A DNA stretch of 32,839 nucleotides from Candidatus Geothermincolales bacterium (GCA_037478635.1 JBBFMI010000002.1:1-32839); one strand, 5' to 3'. Numbered from the stretch's first letter, positions 8,049 through 16,736 are shown. Numbers and translations: made by a program. The notes: generated from the letters alone by a model not told the origin.

Positions 8049-9110
8049 ATGAGTCCTCGTAAAAGCCAGGTCACTGTGGGATTGGATATCAGCACTAACT
8101 CGGTAAAGGTGGCCGAGATCAGCTTGGTGAAGGGAAATCCCGTTCTCACCAATCTCGGGATAATACAACTTCCGGAGGGAGTGATAAGGGATGGCGAGGT
8201 GGAGGACGGGGTGGCCCTCACCGAAGCCTTGAAAGAATTGTGGAATATCACGGGGATCAAGGAAAAATCGGTGGTCCTCGGCATCGCTAATCAGAAAGTG
8301 ATAGTCCGCCCCATAGAGATCCCTTACATGGAAAGGGAGGAGTTAGAAGGGGCCTTGAAATTTCAGGTCCAGGATTTCATCCCCATCCCGGTGGATGATG
8401 CCGTGCTCGATTTCGACATCATCGAAGAGTTCATGACCGCCGACGAGGAGAGGATGCTCACCGTGCTATTGGTGGCAGCCCATCGGGACATGATCTACAG
8501 CTTCGTAGAGGTTTTGAAGGCGGCGGGCCTTCAGCCAAAGGCTATCGATCTAAAGGCCTTCGCCCTTCCCCGTTCCCTGATCCCGCTGGAGAGGCTTCGG
8601 GGAGGTTACGAGGAGGGAGCTTCCCTGGTGTTGGTAAATGTGGGCGCGGGGATAACCAACATAACGATCGTAAAAGAGGGTTTGCCCAGGTTCGCTAGGT
8701 TCCTGCTAAGAGGCGGGGATGATTTCACCCGGGCTCTCGTCAACAGGTTGGACAAGGATGTTGGCGAGGCCGAGGAGATGAGGTTGGGAAGGATCAGCGA
8801 TCCCGATGCCGAAGCAATATTAAGCCAGGAGATATCCGGTTTCGTGGGCGAGATAAGGAGATCCATCGATTATTACGTAGCCCAGACCCAGGAGAGAGAT
8901 TTCGAAAAGATAATCCTAAGCGGAAGCGGATCCGTGACCGTGGGGCTTCCCCAACAGATGAACCAGGCCCTTAGACTCACGGTGGAGATGGGAAGACCCC
9001 TTCAGAACGTGCAGCTGGGAAGGCTTCCGTATAGCGCGGATGAGCTTGCGTTGATGGAGCCGTCGCTGGCAGTGTGCATAGGGCTCGCTCTCAGGGAGGT
9101 AGTGGAATGA
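8049..9110 (+). CDS. pilM: Type IV pilus assembly protein PilM (actin-like ATPase fold)
   Basis: VGLDISTNSVKVAEIS phosphate-1-like motif, VNVGAGITNITIV and ILSGSGS. Start taken at ATG 8049 (MSPRKSQ), downstream of the track start at TTG 8031. The stop overlaps the pilN start (ATGA). Confidence 0.85.
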   Translation: MSPRKSQVTVGLDISTNSVKVAEISLVKGNPVLTNLGIIQLPEGVIRDGEVEDGVALTEALKELWNITGIKEKSVVLGIANQKVIVRPIEIPYMEREELEGALKFQVQDFIPIPVDDAVLDFDIIEEFMTADEERMLTVLLVAAHRDMIYSFVEVLKAAGLQPKAIDLKAFALPRSLIPLERLRGGYEEGASLVLVNVGAGITNITIVKEGLPRFARFLLRGGDDFTRALVNRLDKDVGEAEEMRLGRISDPDAEAILSQEISGFVGEIRRSIDYYVAQTQERDFEKIILSGSGSVTVGLPQQMNQALRLTVEMGRPLQNVQLGRLPYSADELALMEPSLAVCIGLALREVVE

Positions 9111-9922
9111 CCAAAATAAACCTGCTTCCCCCGGAGATAAGGGAAAGGGCGGAACGACCGAGGTTGGCCCCTTGGTTCATACTCATGGGGTTAATAACCG
9201 TGGCTATCATTGTTGGACTCTTCTTCATCTACAATTCCCAGAAGGCAGATAAAGAAGAAGCGTTGAGGCAGGTGCAACAGGAACTGGAGGACTTGAAGAG
9301 GAAGACAAAACCCATCGAGACGTACGAGGCACAACAGAAGGAATTGAAAAAATTGCAGGACCTTTACAAGCAGGTTAACGCCGGGAGGGTGGCCTGGGCC
9401 ATGATCTTAAATGACCTGGCCATGTGCGTTCCCGAGGGATTGGCAACGGCCTCAAATCCCAAGGCTCCATGTATCTGGTTAACCCACCTCACCCTGGATG
9501 CCCAGCCCCTGGAAGCGGCGACGGGGGGTGCCCAGCAAGCTCAGGCCGGCGCTGGCGGGAACCCGATCACTATTGAAGGTTATGCGACACCCGCCTGGCT
9601 TTCCATGCAGACATGGCTTTCCCGTAGCGGGAACTTCAAGTCCCGAGGTTTTCTGGACACCTATCCCTATTACTACTATTTCAAGGGCCATCCCAAGGTG
9701 GCCGAGTTCTTCACCCGCCTGCAGAACATGGAGGAGTGGACCAATCTCTGGATAGAGAATTCGGAACAGAGCAAGATAAGCCAAAAGCGAAAGGTCGTGA
9801 AGGTCAACGAGCAAGGCCAGCAGGAAGAGACGGAAGAGACCTATAACGACTGGGCGATTTCCTTCAAGATAAACGGGCAATGGAACCCCGAGAAAGCGGT
9901 CTGGAAGTTCTCGGGGGAGTAG
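9107..9922 (+). CDS. pilN: Type IV pilus assembly protein PilN (expanded periplasmic/extracytoplasmic part)
   Basis: N-terminus MTKINLLPPEIRER carries the PilM-binding INLLP motif. It is followed by a TM helix (WFILMGLITVAIIVGLFFI) and a coiled-coil segment. Start at ATG 9107 is preceded by GGAGG. At 271 aa it is larger than typical PilN. Confidence 0.75.
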   Translation: MTKINLLPPEIRERAERPRLAPWFILMGLITVAIIVGLFFIYNSQKADKEEALRQVQQELEDLKRKTKPIETYEAQQKELKKLQDLYKQVNAGRVAWAMILNDLAMCVPEGLATASNPKAPCIWLTHLTLDAQPLEAATGGAQQAQAGAGGNPITIEGYATPAWLSMQTWLSRSGNFKSRGFLDTYPYYYYFKGHPKVAEFFTRLQNMEEWTNLWIENSEQSKISQKRKVVKVNEQGQQEETEETYNDWAISFKINGQWNPEKAVWKFSGE

Positions 9923-9939
9923 CGAGGAGGTAGCCCGAG

Positions 9940-10521
9940 ATGAGGCTCAGAGCTGGTGCGGGACTTTGGCTATTGGTGGGTTTGTTGGTTTGCATCGTGG
10001 TCCTCATATTGGGGCTTTTCATAATCGTTTTTCCCCAAAGGAACAAGGTCAGCGAGCTTAACGACCAGATAGAGAAGACCAAGGCCGATATCCAGTTGGA
10101 GCAGAACCGACTAAATCAATTGAGACAGTATGAAAAGGACCCCGAGCAGTTTACTCGCCAGATAGACGCCATTAAGCAGAAGATACCGGATAACGTTGGA
10201 CTTTCGGATATCTTCCATCAAATTGATTCTGCCGCCGCGGCCGCGGGAATTGATTTCTATTCCGTCAAACCGTCCCTACCGGTGAGCACAGGTGGATATT
10301 ACGCTATCACTTTTGACGCGAAATTCTATGGAAGGTATTTTAACTTGGTGGAGTTCTTCAACCAGATCGAGACCCTCCCCAGGACCGTAAAGGTCGTATA
10401 TCTTGACCTGGTCGCAAGCGATGACGGTTTGCCATACCTGGATATCACCATGAAGTTCCGCGCGTTTTTCACCACCGACAAAGGAGTGGAGACACTGGTC
10501 CAAAAGCAGGGAGGTAAGTAA
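9940..10521 (+). CDS. pilO: Type IV pilus assembly protein PilO
   Basis: 193 aa with a TM helix (LWLLVGLLVCIVVLILGLFIIVF), a coiled coil (NDQIEKTKADIQLEQNRLNQLRQ), then a ferredoxin-like core ending in YYAITFDAKFYGRYFNLVEFFNQIETLPR, typical of PilO. GAGGAGG RBS. Confidence 0.7.
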   Translation: MRLRAGAGLWLLVGLLVCIVVLILGLFIIVFPQRNKVSELNDQIEKTKADIQLEQNRLNQLRQYEKDPEQFTRQIDAIKQKIPDNVGLSDIFHQIDSAAAAAGIDFYSVKPSLPVSTGGYYAITFDAKFYGRYFNLVEFFNQIETLPRTVKVVYLDLVASDDGLPYLDITMKFRAFFTTDKGVETLVQKQGGK

Positions 10522-10552
10522 AAAGGGGCATATAAAGCAGGGGAGTGCCAAG

Positions 10553-11257
10553 ATGAGCGGAAAGCAAAGGCCTGAATCAAGGACGTCAGGGGAGAATATA
10601 AAGAGGATCGGGATATTGAGCAATCCTATGCTCAAGCTCGCATCTATGATCACCGTAGCCATGGCAATTGCCTTCGCGATAGCCATGATACCTGGAATCG
10701 GAACCCTGAAAGGAGATAAGGCACTGGTTTCGAAAGCGCTGGGCGATGATGCCACGTTAGCCGGAGGCCATAGAGAGATGGCCGTGCGCGTAATGGATCA
10801 GCGCTTCCAGGCCTCATCGGAGACAGAAGATCTTTTGAGGAATATCCCAGTAGTGGATGTCTGGGTTTTAAACGACCCGTTTTATCCTCTCATGGGAGAG
10901 ATCGGCACTCTACAGAAAAAGGACGGAACGCTTTCGTCCAAGCAATGGCAGATGCTCGGATTCCCAGAATACGAAACCGAGAGCGGTACGACTACCGCCC
11001 CTACTACAACGCCAACTTCTCCGACCCCGGTTACATCGGGATTGCCCCAGAACGTGGTCTTGGTCAAGGATATCTACGAGGTGAGAGGAATAAAATACGC
11101 GACCATCAAGGTCAACGACCAGACCTACGATAGGCTTAAGCCAGGAAGTGAATTTGCCAATGTGTTCAAGGTGATGGAGATAAAGGAAAGTTCTGTTGTC
11201 CTCCAGTGTGGTGACGAGGTATTGGAGATCCCCGAAAACCAGGTCAGAAAGATTTGA
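10553..11257 (+). CDS. Membrane-anchored PilP-like protein (function tentative)
   Basis: 234 aa. One TM helix (MITVAMAIAFAIAMIPGIG), an NDPFYP motif (compare the R/N-DPF motif of PilP/GspC-type proteins) and a Thr/Pro-rich linker TESGTTTAPTTTPTSPTPVTS. The C-terminal roughly 65-aa segment VVLVKDIYEVRGIKYATIKVNDQTYDRLKPGSEFANVFKVMEIKESSVVLQCGDEVLEI has the PilP/GspC-HR beta-sandwich sequence pattern. It occupies the position after pilO. Confidence 0.5.
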   Translation: MSGKQRPESRTSGENIKRIGILSNPMLKLASMITVAMAIAFAIAMIPGIGTLKGDKALVSKALGDDATLAGGHREMAVRVMDQRFQASSETEDLLRNIPVVDVWVLNDPFYPLMGEIGTLQKKDGTLSSKQWQMLGFPEYETESGTTTAPTTTPTSPTPVTSGLPQNVVLVKDIYEVRGIKYATIKVNDQTYDRLKPGSEFANVFKVMEIKESSVVLQCGDEVLEIPENQVRKI

Positions 11258-11273
11258 TATATCCTTTAAAATG

Positions 11274-11302
11274 AAGGCGGCCTTGGGCCGCCTTTTATTT
11301 TT
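11274..11302 (+). terminator. Rho-independent terminator ending the pil cluster
   Basis: Perfect 9-bp stem AAGGCGGCC / GGCCGCCTT with loop TTG, followed by TTTTATTTTT. It begins 17 nt after the stop of the PilP-like gene. Confidence 0.75.
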
Positions 11303-11305
11303 ATA

Positions 11306-11335
11306 TTGAAACATTAGGACAACTACTTTGATTAT
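11306..11335 (+). promoter_or_regulatory. Candidate promoter for aroC-aroK-aroB-aroQ
   Basis: TTGAAA at 11306-11311, a 17-18 nt spacer, then TGATTAT at 11329-11335. It sits directly after the terminator and about 15 nt before the aroC RBS. Motif-level guess. Confidence 0.3.
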
Positions 11336-11348
11336 TTCGGAGGGAAAG

Positions 11349-12512
11349 ATGTTACGGTTTCTTGATGCCGGCGAGTCCCATGGCAAGGGAATTGCGGTGA
11401 TAATAGAGGGCCTCCCCTACGGGGTTCCCTTTTCTGCCGAGAGGGCCGAGGAGGAACTGAGACGCCGTAGATTGGGCTACGGAAGAGGGCCCAGGATGGC
11501 CTTGGAGAAAGACAAGGTGGAGATAATGAGTGGCGTGAGGCACGGAAAAACTTTAGGGAGCCCCGTTTGCATGCTGGTGCGGAACGCGGAGTGGGATAAG
11601 TGGAAAGAGGTCATGGATCCCGATAAGAGAACCTATGCTTACGAGCCGGTGACAACCCCGAGGCCGGGACATGCCGATCTACCTGGATGTATCAAATACG
11701 GGACCAAGGATGTCAGGGATATCCTGGAACGTGCTTCTGCGAGAGAGACGGTGGGCAGGGTATGCGCGGGCGCCCTGGCTAAATCCCTTCTCGAACAGTT
11801 CGGAATAATGATCGGCTCCCACGTGGTCAGGATAGGGAGCGTTTCGGCAGCGAAAAGGGAGTTGAGAGATTATCGTGAAGTAGAGCTGGCTGACGATGAC
11901 CCCGTTCGCTGCCTGGACAAGGATGTATCCCACAGGATGATGAGAGAAATTGACGAGGCGAATAGTAGCGGAGATACCCTGGGAGGGGTTTTCGAAGTAT
12001 GGGCATTCGGCCTTCCGATGGGACTTGGAAGTCACGTGCACTGGGACAGGAGGCTTGATGCCAGGCTAGCCATGGCCGTGATGTCCATACAGGGAATAAA
12101 GGGCGTGGAAATCGGGGACGGTTTTTCCTTGTCCGAGAGCAGGGGAAGCCAATCCCTTGACCTGTTTGATGAGGACGAGGGATCGTGGACGAGGAGAACC
12201 AATCGTTCAGGTGGCGTGGAGGGCGGCATGAGCAACGGGATGCCATTGGTGGTCAGGGGTGCCATGAAGCCGATTCCCACTCTGAGAAACGGAGTGCAGA
12301 CCCGGGATCTTGAGACGGGACGTAAAACCGTCTCGCTAAGAGAGAGGTCAGACGTATGCGCGGTACCGGCTGCTGCCGTAGTGGCAGAATCCATGGTGGC
12401 TCTGGTGATCGCCGACGCCCTCATGGAGATCGTAGGCTGCGATAACCTGGAAGCGATGAGAAGAAGGTACGACGCCTTGCTGGAGACGAGGAAAGAGTTA
12501 TTCCCTTTTTAA
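11349..12512 (+). CDS. aroC: Chorismate synthase
   Basis: MLRFLDAGESHGKG N-terminus, RPGHAD motif and SGGVEGGMSNG. Start taken at ATG 11349 after GGAGGGAAAG; the track ORF starts at TTG 11328. Confidence 0.9.
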   Translation: MLRFLDAGESHGKGIAVIIEGLPYGVPFSAERAEEELRRRRLGYGRGPRMALEKDKVEIMSGVRHGKTLGSPVCMLVRNAEWDKWKEVMDPDKRTYAYEPVTTPRPGHADLPGCIKYGTKDVRDILERASARETVGRVCAGALAKSLLEQFGIMIGSHVVRIGSVSAAKRELRDYREVELADDDPVRCLDKDVSHRMMREIDEANSSGDTLGGVFEVWAFGLPMGLGSHVHWDRRLDARLAMAVMSIQGIKGVEIGDGFSLSESRGSQSLDLFDEDEGSWTRRTNRSGGVEGGMSNGMPLVVRGAMKPIPTLRNGVQTRDLETGRKTVSLRERSDVCAVPAAAVVAESMVALVIADALMEIVGCDNLEAMRRRYDALLETRKELFPF

Positions 12513-12588
12513 GGGATTTTCATGCATGAACCTATGAGGTGAAGTTGAGAAAACGGAAGGGTAAGACGGGCTGAATTTTGCAAATACC

Positions 12589-13110
12589 ATGTTTCCCGAA
12601 AATCTTTCTCTGGTTGGATTCATGGGTTCCGGTAAGAGCACGGTTGGTCCAATGGTGGCCTCTTTTCTTGGAATGAGATACGTGGAGCTGGACAAGGAGG
12701 TCGAAAAGCTGGCCGGCACAAAGATAAAAGATATCTTTGAAAAACACGGTGAATTTTATTTCAGGGAACTCGAGTCTAAGGCGTTGAACAGGGCCCTGTC
12801 CGGAAGGGGAAGGGTTCTATCCTGTGGCGGCGGGGTGATAATGAACGAAGAAAACGTGAGGATATTGAGGAGTAGGAGCCTGGTGATACTTTTATGGATA
12901 TCACTGGAAACTGCGATCACGAGGCTTCAGGGTTGCACGGATAGACCTCTCGTTTCCGGGAAAGGCGAGGAAAGGATCCTTCGATTGTATCGCCAAAGAG
13001 AGAAGTTTTACATCGGGGCCGCTCACCGGGTCGTGAAGGCCGAGGGAAGAAGCCCCATGGAGGTGGCCGAGGAGATAATCGCGATATGGAAAGATTCGTG
13101 GTGGAACTGA
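12589..13110 (+). CDS. aroK: Shikimate kinase
   Basis: 173 aa with P-loop GFMGSGKSTVG, FRELE and SCGGGV motifs. Confidence 0.9.
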   Translation: MFPENLSLVGFMGSGKSTVGPMVASFLGMRYVELDKEVEKLAGTKIKDIFEKHGEFYFRELESKALNRALSGRGRVLSCGGGVIMNEENVRILRSRSLVILLWISLETAITRLQGCTDRPLVSGKGEERILRLYRQREKFYIGAAHRVVKAEGRSPMEVAEEIIAIWKDSWWN

Positions 13111-14201
13111 AGGGAAGGGAAAGGTCCTACCCCGTATGCGTTGGATACGGGGCGTACGGGCATTTCCTTCCCGAGCTCCTGGTCAGGTCTGGATGGCATA
13201 GGCTTGCATTGATAACCCATCCGGAGATCATGGAGTTACACGGCCGGGAATTGGTGAACGTTTTGGTTACCTTCATGGGCGAGAGGGAGCTCCACCGTTT
13301 TACTTTCCCCCAGGGCGAGGAGAACAAGAACCTGGATACGGTGGCGCGCTTCATCGATTTCATGCTGGAACGGGAATTCACCCGCAGTGACGTGGTCCTT
13401 GCCTTCGGAGGGGGTGTGGTGGGCGACGTCGCCGGGTTCGCCGCTGGCATATATCATCGCGGCATGAGATATTATCAACTTCCCACCACCCTCATGGCCA
13501 TGGTGGATTCGGCGGTGGGAGGCAAGACGGGGATAGATCACCATGGGGTTAAGAACTTGGTGGGCGTTTTCTGGCAGCCGGAGGCGGTCATATCGGAACT
13601 GGGGGTCCTCGCTACCTTGCCCGGGAGGGAGATCAAGAACGGCTGGGCTGAGGTGGTAAAATACGGATTTCTTTACGATGAGGGGCTTCTTGGGACGAGC
13701 GAGGTCTTCCTGCGGGAGGGACTGGCGGGAGTGGACGTGGAGGAAGTCGTGGTCACTTGCGCAAGATACAAGGCCGAGGTCGTGAGAGAAGACGAGACGG
13801 ACGATAAGGGGATCAGGGCAATGCTTAACTATGGTCATACGTTCGGGCATGCCCTGGAAGCACTGACCGGTTTCAGCGACCTGAGGCATGGCGAGGCCGT
13901 GGCGGTGGGGATGATGATGGCCGCAAGGGTTTCCGAGCTCACCGGCCTTTCCGGGCCAGGATTGTACGAGAAACACAGGACGCTCTTATTGCCCCTGGTT
14001 TCGGAAGCCCCCATCGACTGGAGGTTCGACCCTTCGGACGTATATCGGAACATGGCAGCCGACAAGAAGAAAAAGGGTGTACTCAAGCTGGTTCTATTGG
14101 AAGAGCCCGAGCGGGCGCGGCTTGTCGATGAGCCCAGCCCAGATGTCCTCTTAAGGGCAATCGGAGAAGTTCTCGAAGATATCAATTTGAACAGGCCGTG
14201 A
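13086..14201 (+). CDS. aroB: 3-dehydroquinate synthase
   Basis: 371 aa with GGGVVGDVAGFAA, LPTTLMAMVDSAVGGKTG and NYGHTFGHALE motifs. Overlaps the aroK 3' end by 25 nt. Confidence 0.9.
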   Translation: MERFVVELKGRERSYPVCVGYGAYGHFLPELLVRSGWHRLALITHPEIMELHGRELVNVLVTFMGERELHRFTFPQGEENKNLDTVARFIDFMLEREFTRSDVVLAFGGGVVGDVAGFAAGIYHRGMRYYQLPTTLMAMVDSAVGGKTGIDHHGVKNLVGVFWQPEAVISELGVLATLPGREIKNGWAEVVKYGFLYDEGLLGTSEVFLREGLAGVDVEEVVVTCARYKAEVVREDETDDKGIRAMLNYGHTFGHALEALTGFSDLRHGEAVAVGMMMAARVSELTGLSGPGLYEKHRTLLLPLVSEAPIDWRFDPSDVYRNMAADKKKKGVLKLVLLEEPERARLVDEPSPDVLLRAIGEVLEDINLNRP

Positions 14202-14265
14202 GATGGTCGATCAATGTTTGAAACTCAATTTTACCGGTGTTTCTGAGTTGAAAGGAGGGGGAGGA

Positions 14266-14706
14266 TTGCTCGTATCCATAGCGAACGGACCGAACCTGAA
14301 CATATTGGGATGGAGAGAGCCCGATATATACGGCAATGAGAGCTGGGATTCGGTCAAGGAAAGGCTTGTCGGCATGGGAGAAGAACTCGGGGCACGACTG
14401 GAATTTTTTCAGAGCAATGACGAAGGAAACCTGGTGGATTACGTCCAGGGATTGAGAGGAAGGGCAGATGCTCTGATAATTAACCCTGGAGCCCTGACCC
14501 ACTATGGCTATTCCCTAAGGGATGCCATCTCCGCGTTGGACATACCTGTGGTGGAAGTACATATAAGCAATATATACGCCAGGGAACCCTGGAGGTCGAG
14601 ATCACTGGTCTCTCCCGTTGTCAAGGCGGTGATCAGTGGTTTTGGCACGAGGGGGTACCTACTGGCTCTTCGGGGGATCCTGGAGATGCTAAGAGATGGC
14701 GGATGA
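14266..14706 (+). CDS. aroQ: Type II 3-dehydroquinate dehydratase
   Basis: NGPNLNILGWREPDIYG, INPGALTHYGYSLRDA and VEVHISNIYAREPWR motifs. Start placed at TTG 14266, 7 nt after AGGAGG, giving the canonical size of about 146 aa; the track ORF from 14203 adds a non-conserved leader. Confidence 0.9.
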   Translation: MLVSIANGPNLNILGWREPDIYGNESWDSVKERLVGMGEELGARLEFFQSNDEGNLVDYVQGLRGRADALIINPGALTHYGYSLRDAISALDIPVVEVHISNIYAREPWRSRSLVSPVVKAVISGFGTRGYLLALRGILEMLRDGG

Positions 14707-14844
14707 TCTCGCCCCGCGAACCGTCTGTCATGGACCTAAGGCTTATCACCTCGCGTTAAGTATTATCCATACCTGTGGATCCTTTCGTTTCTTAAAAATA
14801 GTTAGAAGTCCAGGCGCCACGTAAGTGGAAAGAGTAAGAATCGG

Positions 14845-15960
14845 GTGTCTGACATGAGGATAGATCCATCGGTCTTTAGGGACAGGAGAAAGGCAATCGT
14901 CGAAAGGCTGTCAAGAGAACGAGGACTTGACGGTCTTCTGGCGGAGAAACCCTCGGACATAAGGTATCTCACCGGTTTTTCTTGTTCGAAGGGAGCCCTA
15001 TTCCTGGTGGGACAAAGGTGTTATCTGCTGGTCGACGGGCGATATGCCGAACAGGCCGAAAAAGAGCTCCAAGATATAGAGGTGATAAGGGTTCAGAAGA
15101 ATTTCCGGCACGCTTTTTCCCTTCTGTCAAGGGATCTCGACGGCGCCCGAATAGCTTACGACAGGCTTTACACCACTGTGGCCACCATGGACGAGTTGCG
15201 AGCGGCCCTGAAGAAGAAAGTTTCATGGGTGGGGGTGGATGACCCCGTCTGCCGGCAGAGAATGATCAAGATCCCGCAGGAGATAAGGTCGATCAAAAAG
15301 GCAGTGCGCGTTGCCCAGGATGCTTTCCTGCATGTGATAGAGGATATCGTATCAAGGCGTCCCTCGGAGAAAAGGGTGGCTACTATGCTGATGTCGAGCA
15401 TGGTCCAGCTCGGCTCAGAGGGCTTTCCTTTTCCGGTGATCGTGGCCTCGGGGCGTCGTTCCTCGATGGTTCATACCGAGCCGGCCGATAAGCGGATAGC
15501 CGGGCTGCTGTTGATGGACTGGGGCGCGGTCGTAGACGGATACTGCTCGGACATAACGCGGACCCTGGCGGTGGGCAAGGTCCCCACCAGGTTGAAGAAC
15601 GTGCACGCACTGGTACTGGAGGCCAGGCAAGCGGCCCTGGAGGAGATAAGGATAGGAAAACCGGTAGGGGCTTTGGACGAGGCGGCCAGGAGAGTGATGA
15701 ATAAGGCGGGTTATGCCGAGTACTTTACCCATGGATTGGGCCATGGGGTGGGGATGGAGGTGCATGAGTGTCCCGTGGTAGGACCTGGAAGGGAAGAGCC
15801 CCTGGCGCCGGGGATGGTGTTCACCGTGGAGCCGGGGATATATCTGCCCGGAGTGGGGGGCGTGAGGGTGGAGGACATGGTGCTGGTAAAAGAAAACGGG
15901 TACGAGCTTTTAACGACAATCCCCCGGGATCTCGACCCCGAGGTCTATATACCTGGTTAG
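14845..15960 (+). CDS. M24B Xaa-Pro aminopeptidase/dipeptidase
   Basis: 371 aa with metal ligand motifs DWGAVVDGYCSDITRT, HGLGHGVGMEVHE, VEPGIY and VRVEDMVLV. It occupies the position of pepQ/pepP between aroQ and efp, as in actinobacterial genomes. Start is GTG 14845 or ATG 14854. Confidence 0.85.
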   Translation: MSDMRIDPSVFRDRRKAIVERLSRERGLDGLLAEKPSDIRYLTGFSCSKGALFLVGQRCYLLVDGRYAEQAEKELQDIEVIRVQKNFRHAFSLLSRDLDGARIAYDRLYTTVATMDELRAALKKKVSWVGVDDPVCRQRMIKIPQEIRSIKKAVRVAQDAFLHVIEDIVSRRPSEKRVATMLMSSMVQLGSEGFPFPVIVASGRRSSMVHTEPADKRIAGLLLMDWGAVVDGYCSDITRTLAVGKVPTRLKNVHALVLEARQAALEEIRIGKPVGALDEAARRVMNKAGYAEYFTHGLGHGVGMEVHECPVVGPGREEPLAPGMVFTVEPGIYLPGVGGVRVEDMVLVKENGYELLTTIPRDLDPEVYIPG

Positions 15961-16058
15961 CCCGAATTCCTGCTGAAGTGGTTGTGTTAAAATTGGACGG
16001 CGAAAGTCGCAGTTCTATGTCCGTCAGATGAACGTATCGGTACCGGAGGTCGCCCGAG

Positions 16059-16619
16059 ATGATCACCACCGCTGATTTCAGGAACGGAATGACCATCGAG
16101 CTGGACGGGGTGCTGTATAACATCCTCTATTTTCAGCACGTGAAGCCCGGAAAGGGGCAGGCCTTCGTGCGCACCCGGTTAAAGAACCTGAAGACCGGCG
16201 CAGTTATCGAAAAGACCTTCCGGGCAGGGGAGAAAGTCGAGTTAGCGGTGCTGGACAAGAGGAAGATGCAGTACCTTTACCGGGATGGTCGTAACTTCAT
16301 CTTCATGGATACCGAGACATACGAGCAGATGAGCATCGACGAAGACGAGGTGGGGCAGGCGGCCAACTATCTGAAAGAGGGGATCCTGGTGGAGATCCCC
16401 CTATATGAGGGCAAGCCGGTGGGCGTCGAGCCCCCGGTTTTCGTGGACCTGGAAGTCGTCGAGACATCCCCAGGGGTGAAAGGGGATACTGCAAGCGGAG
16501 GAGGGAAGCCTGCCACCTTGGAGACGGGTCTAATTATCACCGTTCCCCTTTTCATAGAGGAAGGGAACTTGGTTAGAGTGGATACGAGGACCGGTGAGTA
16601 CGTGGAAAGGGTCGGATGA
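16059..16619 (+). CDS. efp: Translation elongation factor P
   Basis: 186 aa. [42 protein letters not shown] carries the KPGKG loop. Confidence 0.95.
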   Translation: MITTADFRNGMTIELDGVLYNILYFQHVKPGKGQAFVRTRLKNLKTGAVIEKTFRAGEKVELAVLDKRKMQYLYRDGRNFIFMDTETYEQMSIDEDEVGQAANYLKEGILVEIPLYEGKPVGVEPPVFVDLEVVETSPGVKGDTASGGGKPATLETGLIITVPLFIEEGNLVRVDTRTGEYVERVG

Positions 16620-16620
16620 C

Positions 16621-16640
16621 GGGACGCAAAGCGTCCCTTT
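16621..16640 (+). terminator. Weak terminator-like hairpin after efp
   Basis: GGGACGC AAA GCGTCCC (7-bp stem, 3-nt loop) followed by only TTT. It may be a partial terminator or a processing/stability element. Confidence 0.3.
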
Positions 16641-16736
16641 CGGCATCTTGAGGGATATGGAGGTGCGGAGGCCAAGAAGCCCATTTCCTCGTTGTCCCAC
16701 GACGATAGGTATCTGAGGGCAGATCGAACTGGAGTG

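Noticed and set aside
13236-13976. 246-aa minus-strand ORF antisense to aroB
   Set aside because: Shadow ORF opposite a well-supported 3-dehydroquinate synthase, with no recognisable motifs.
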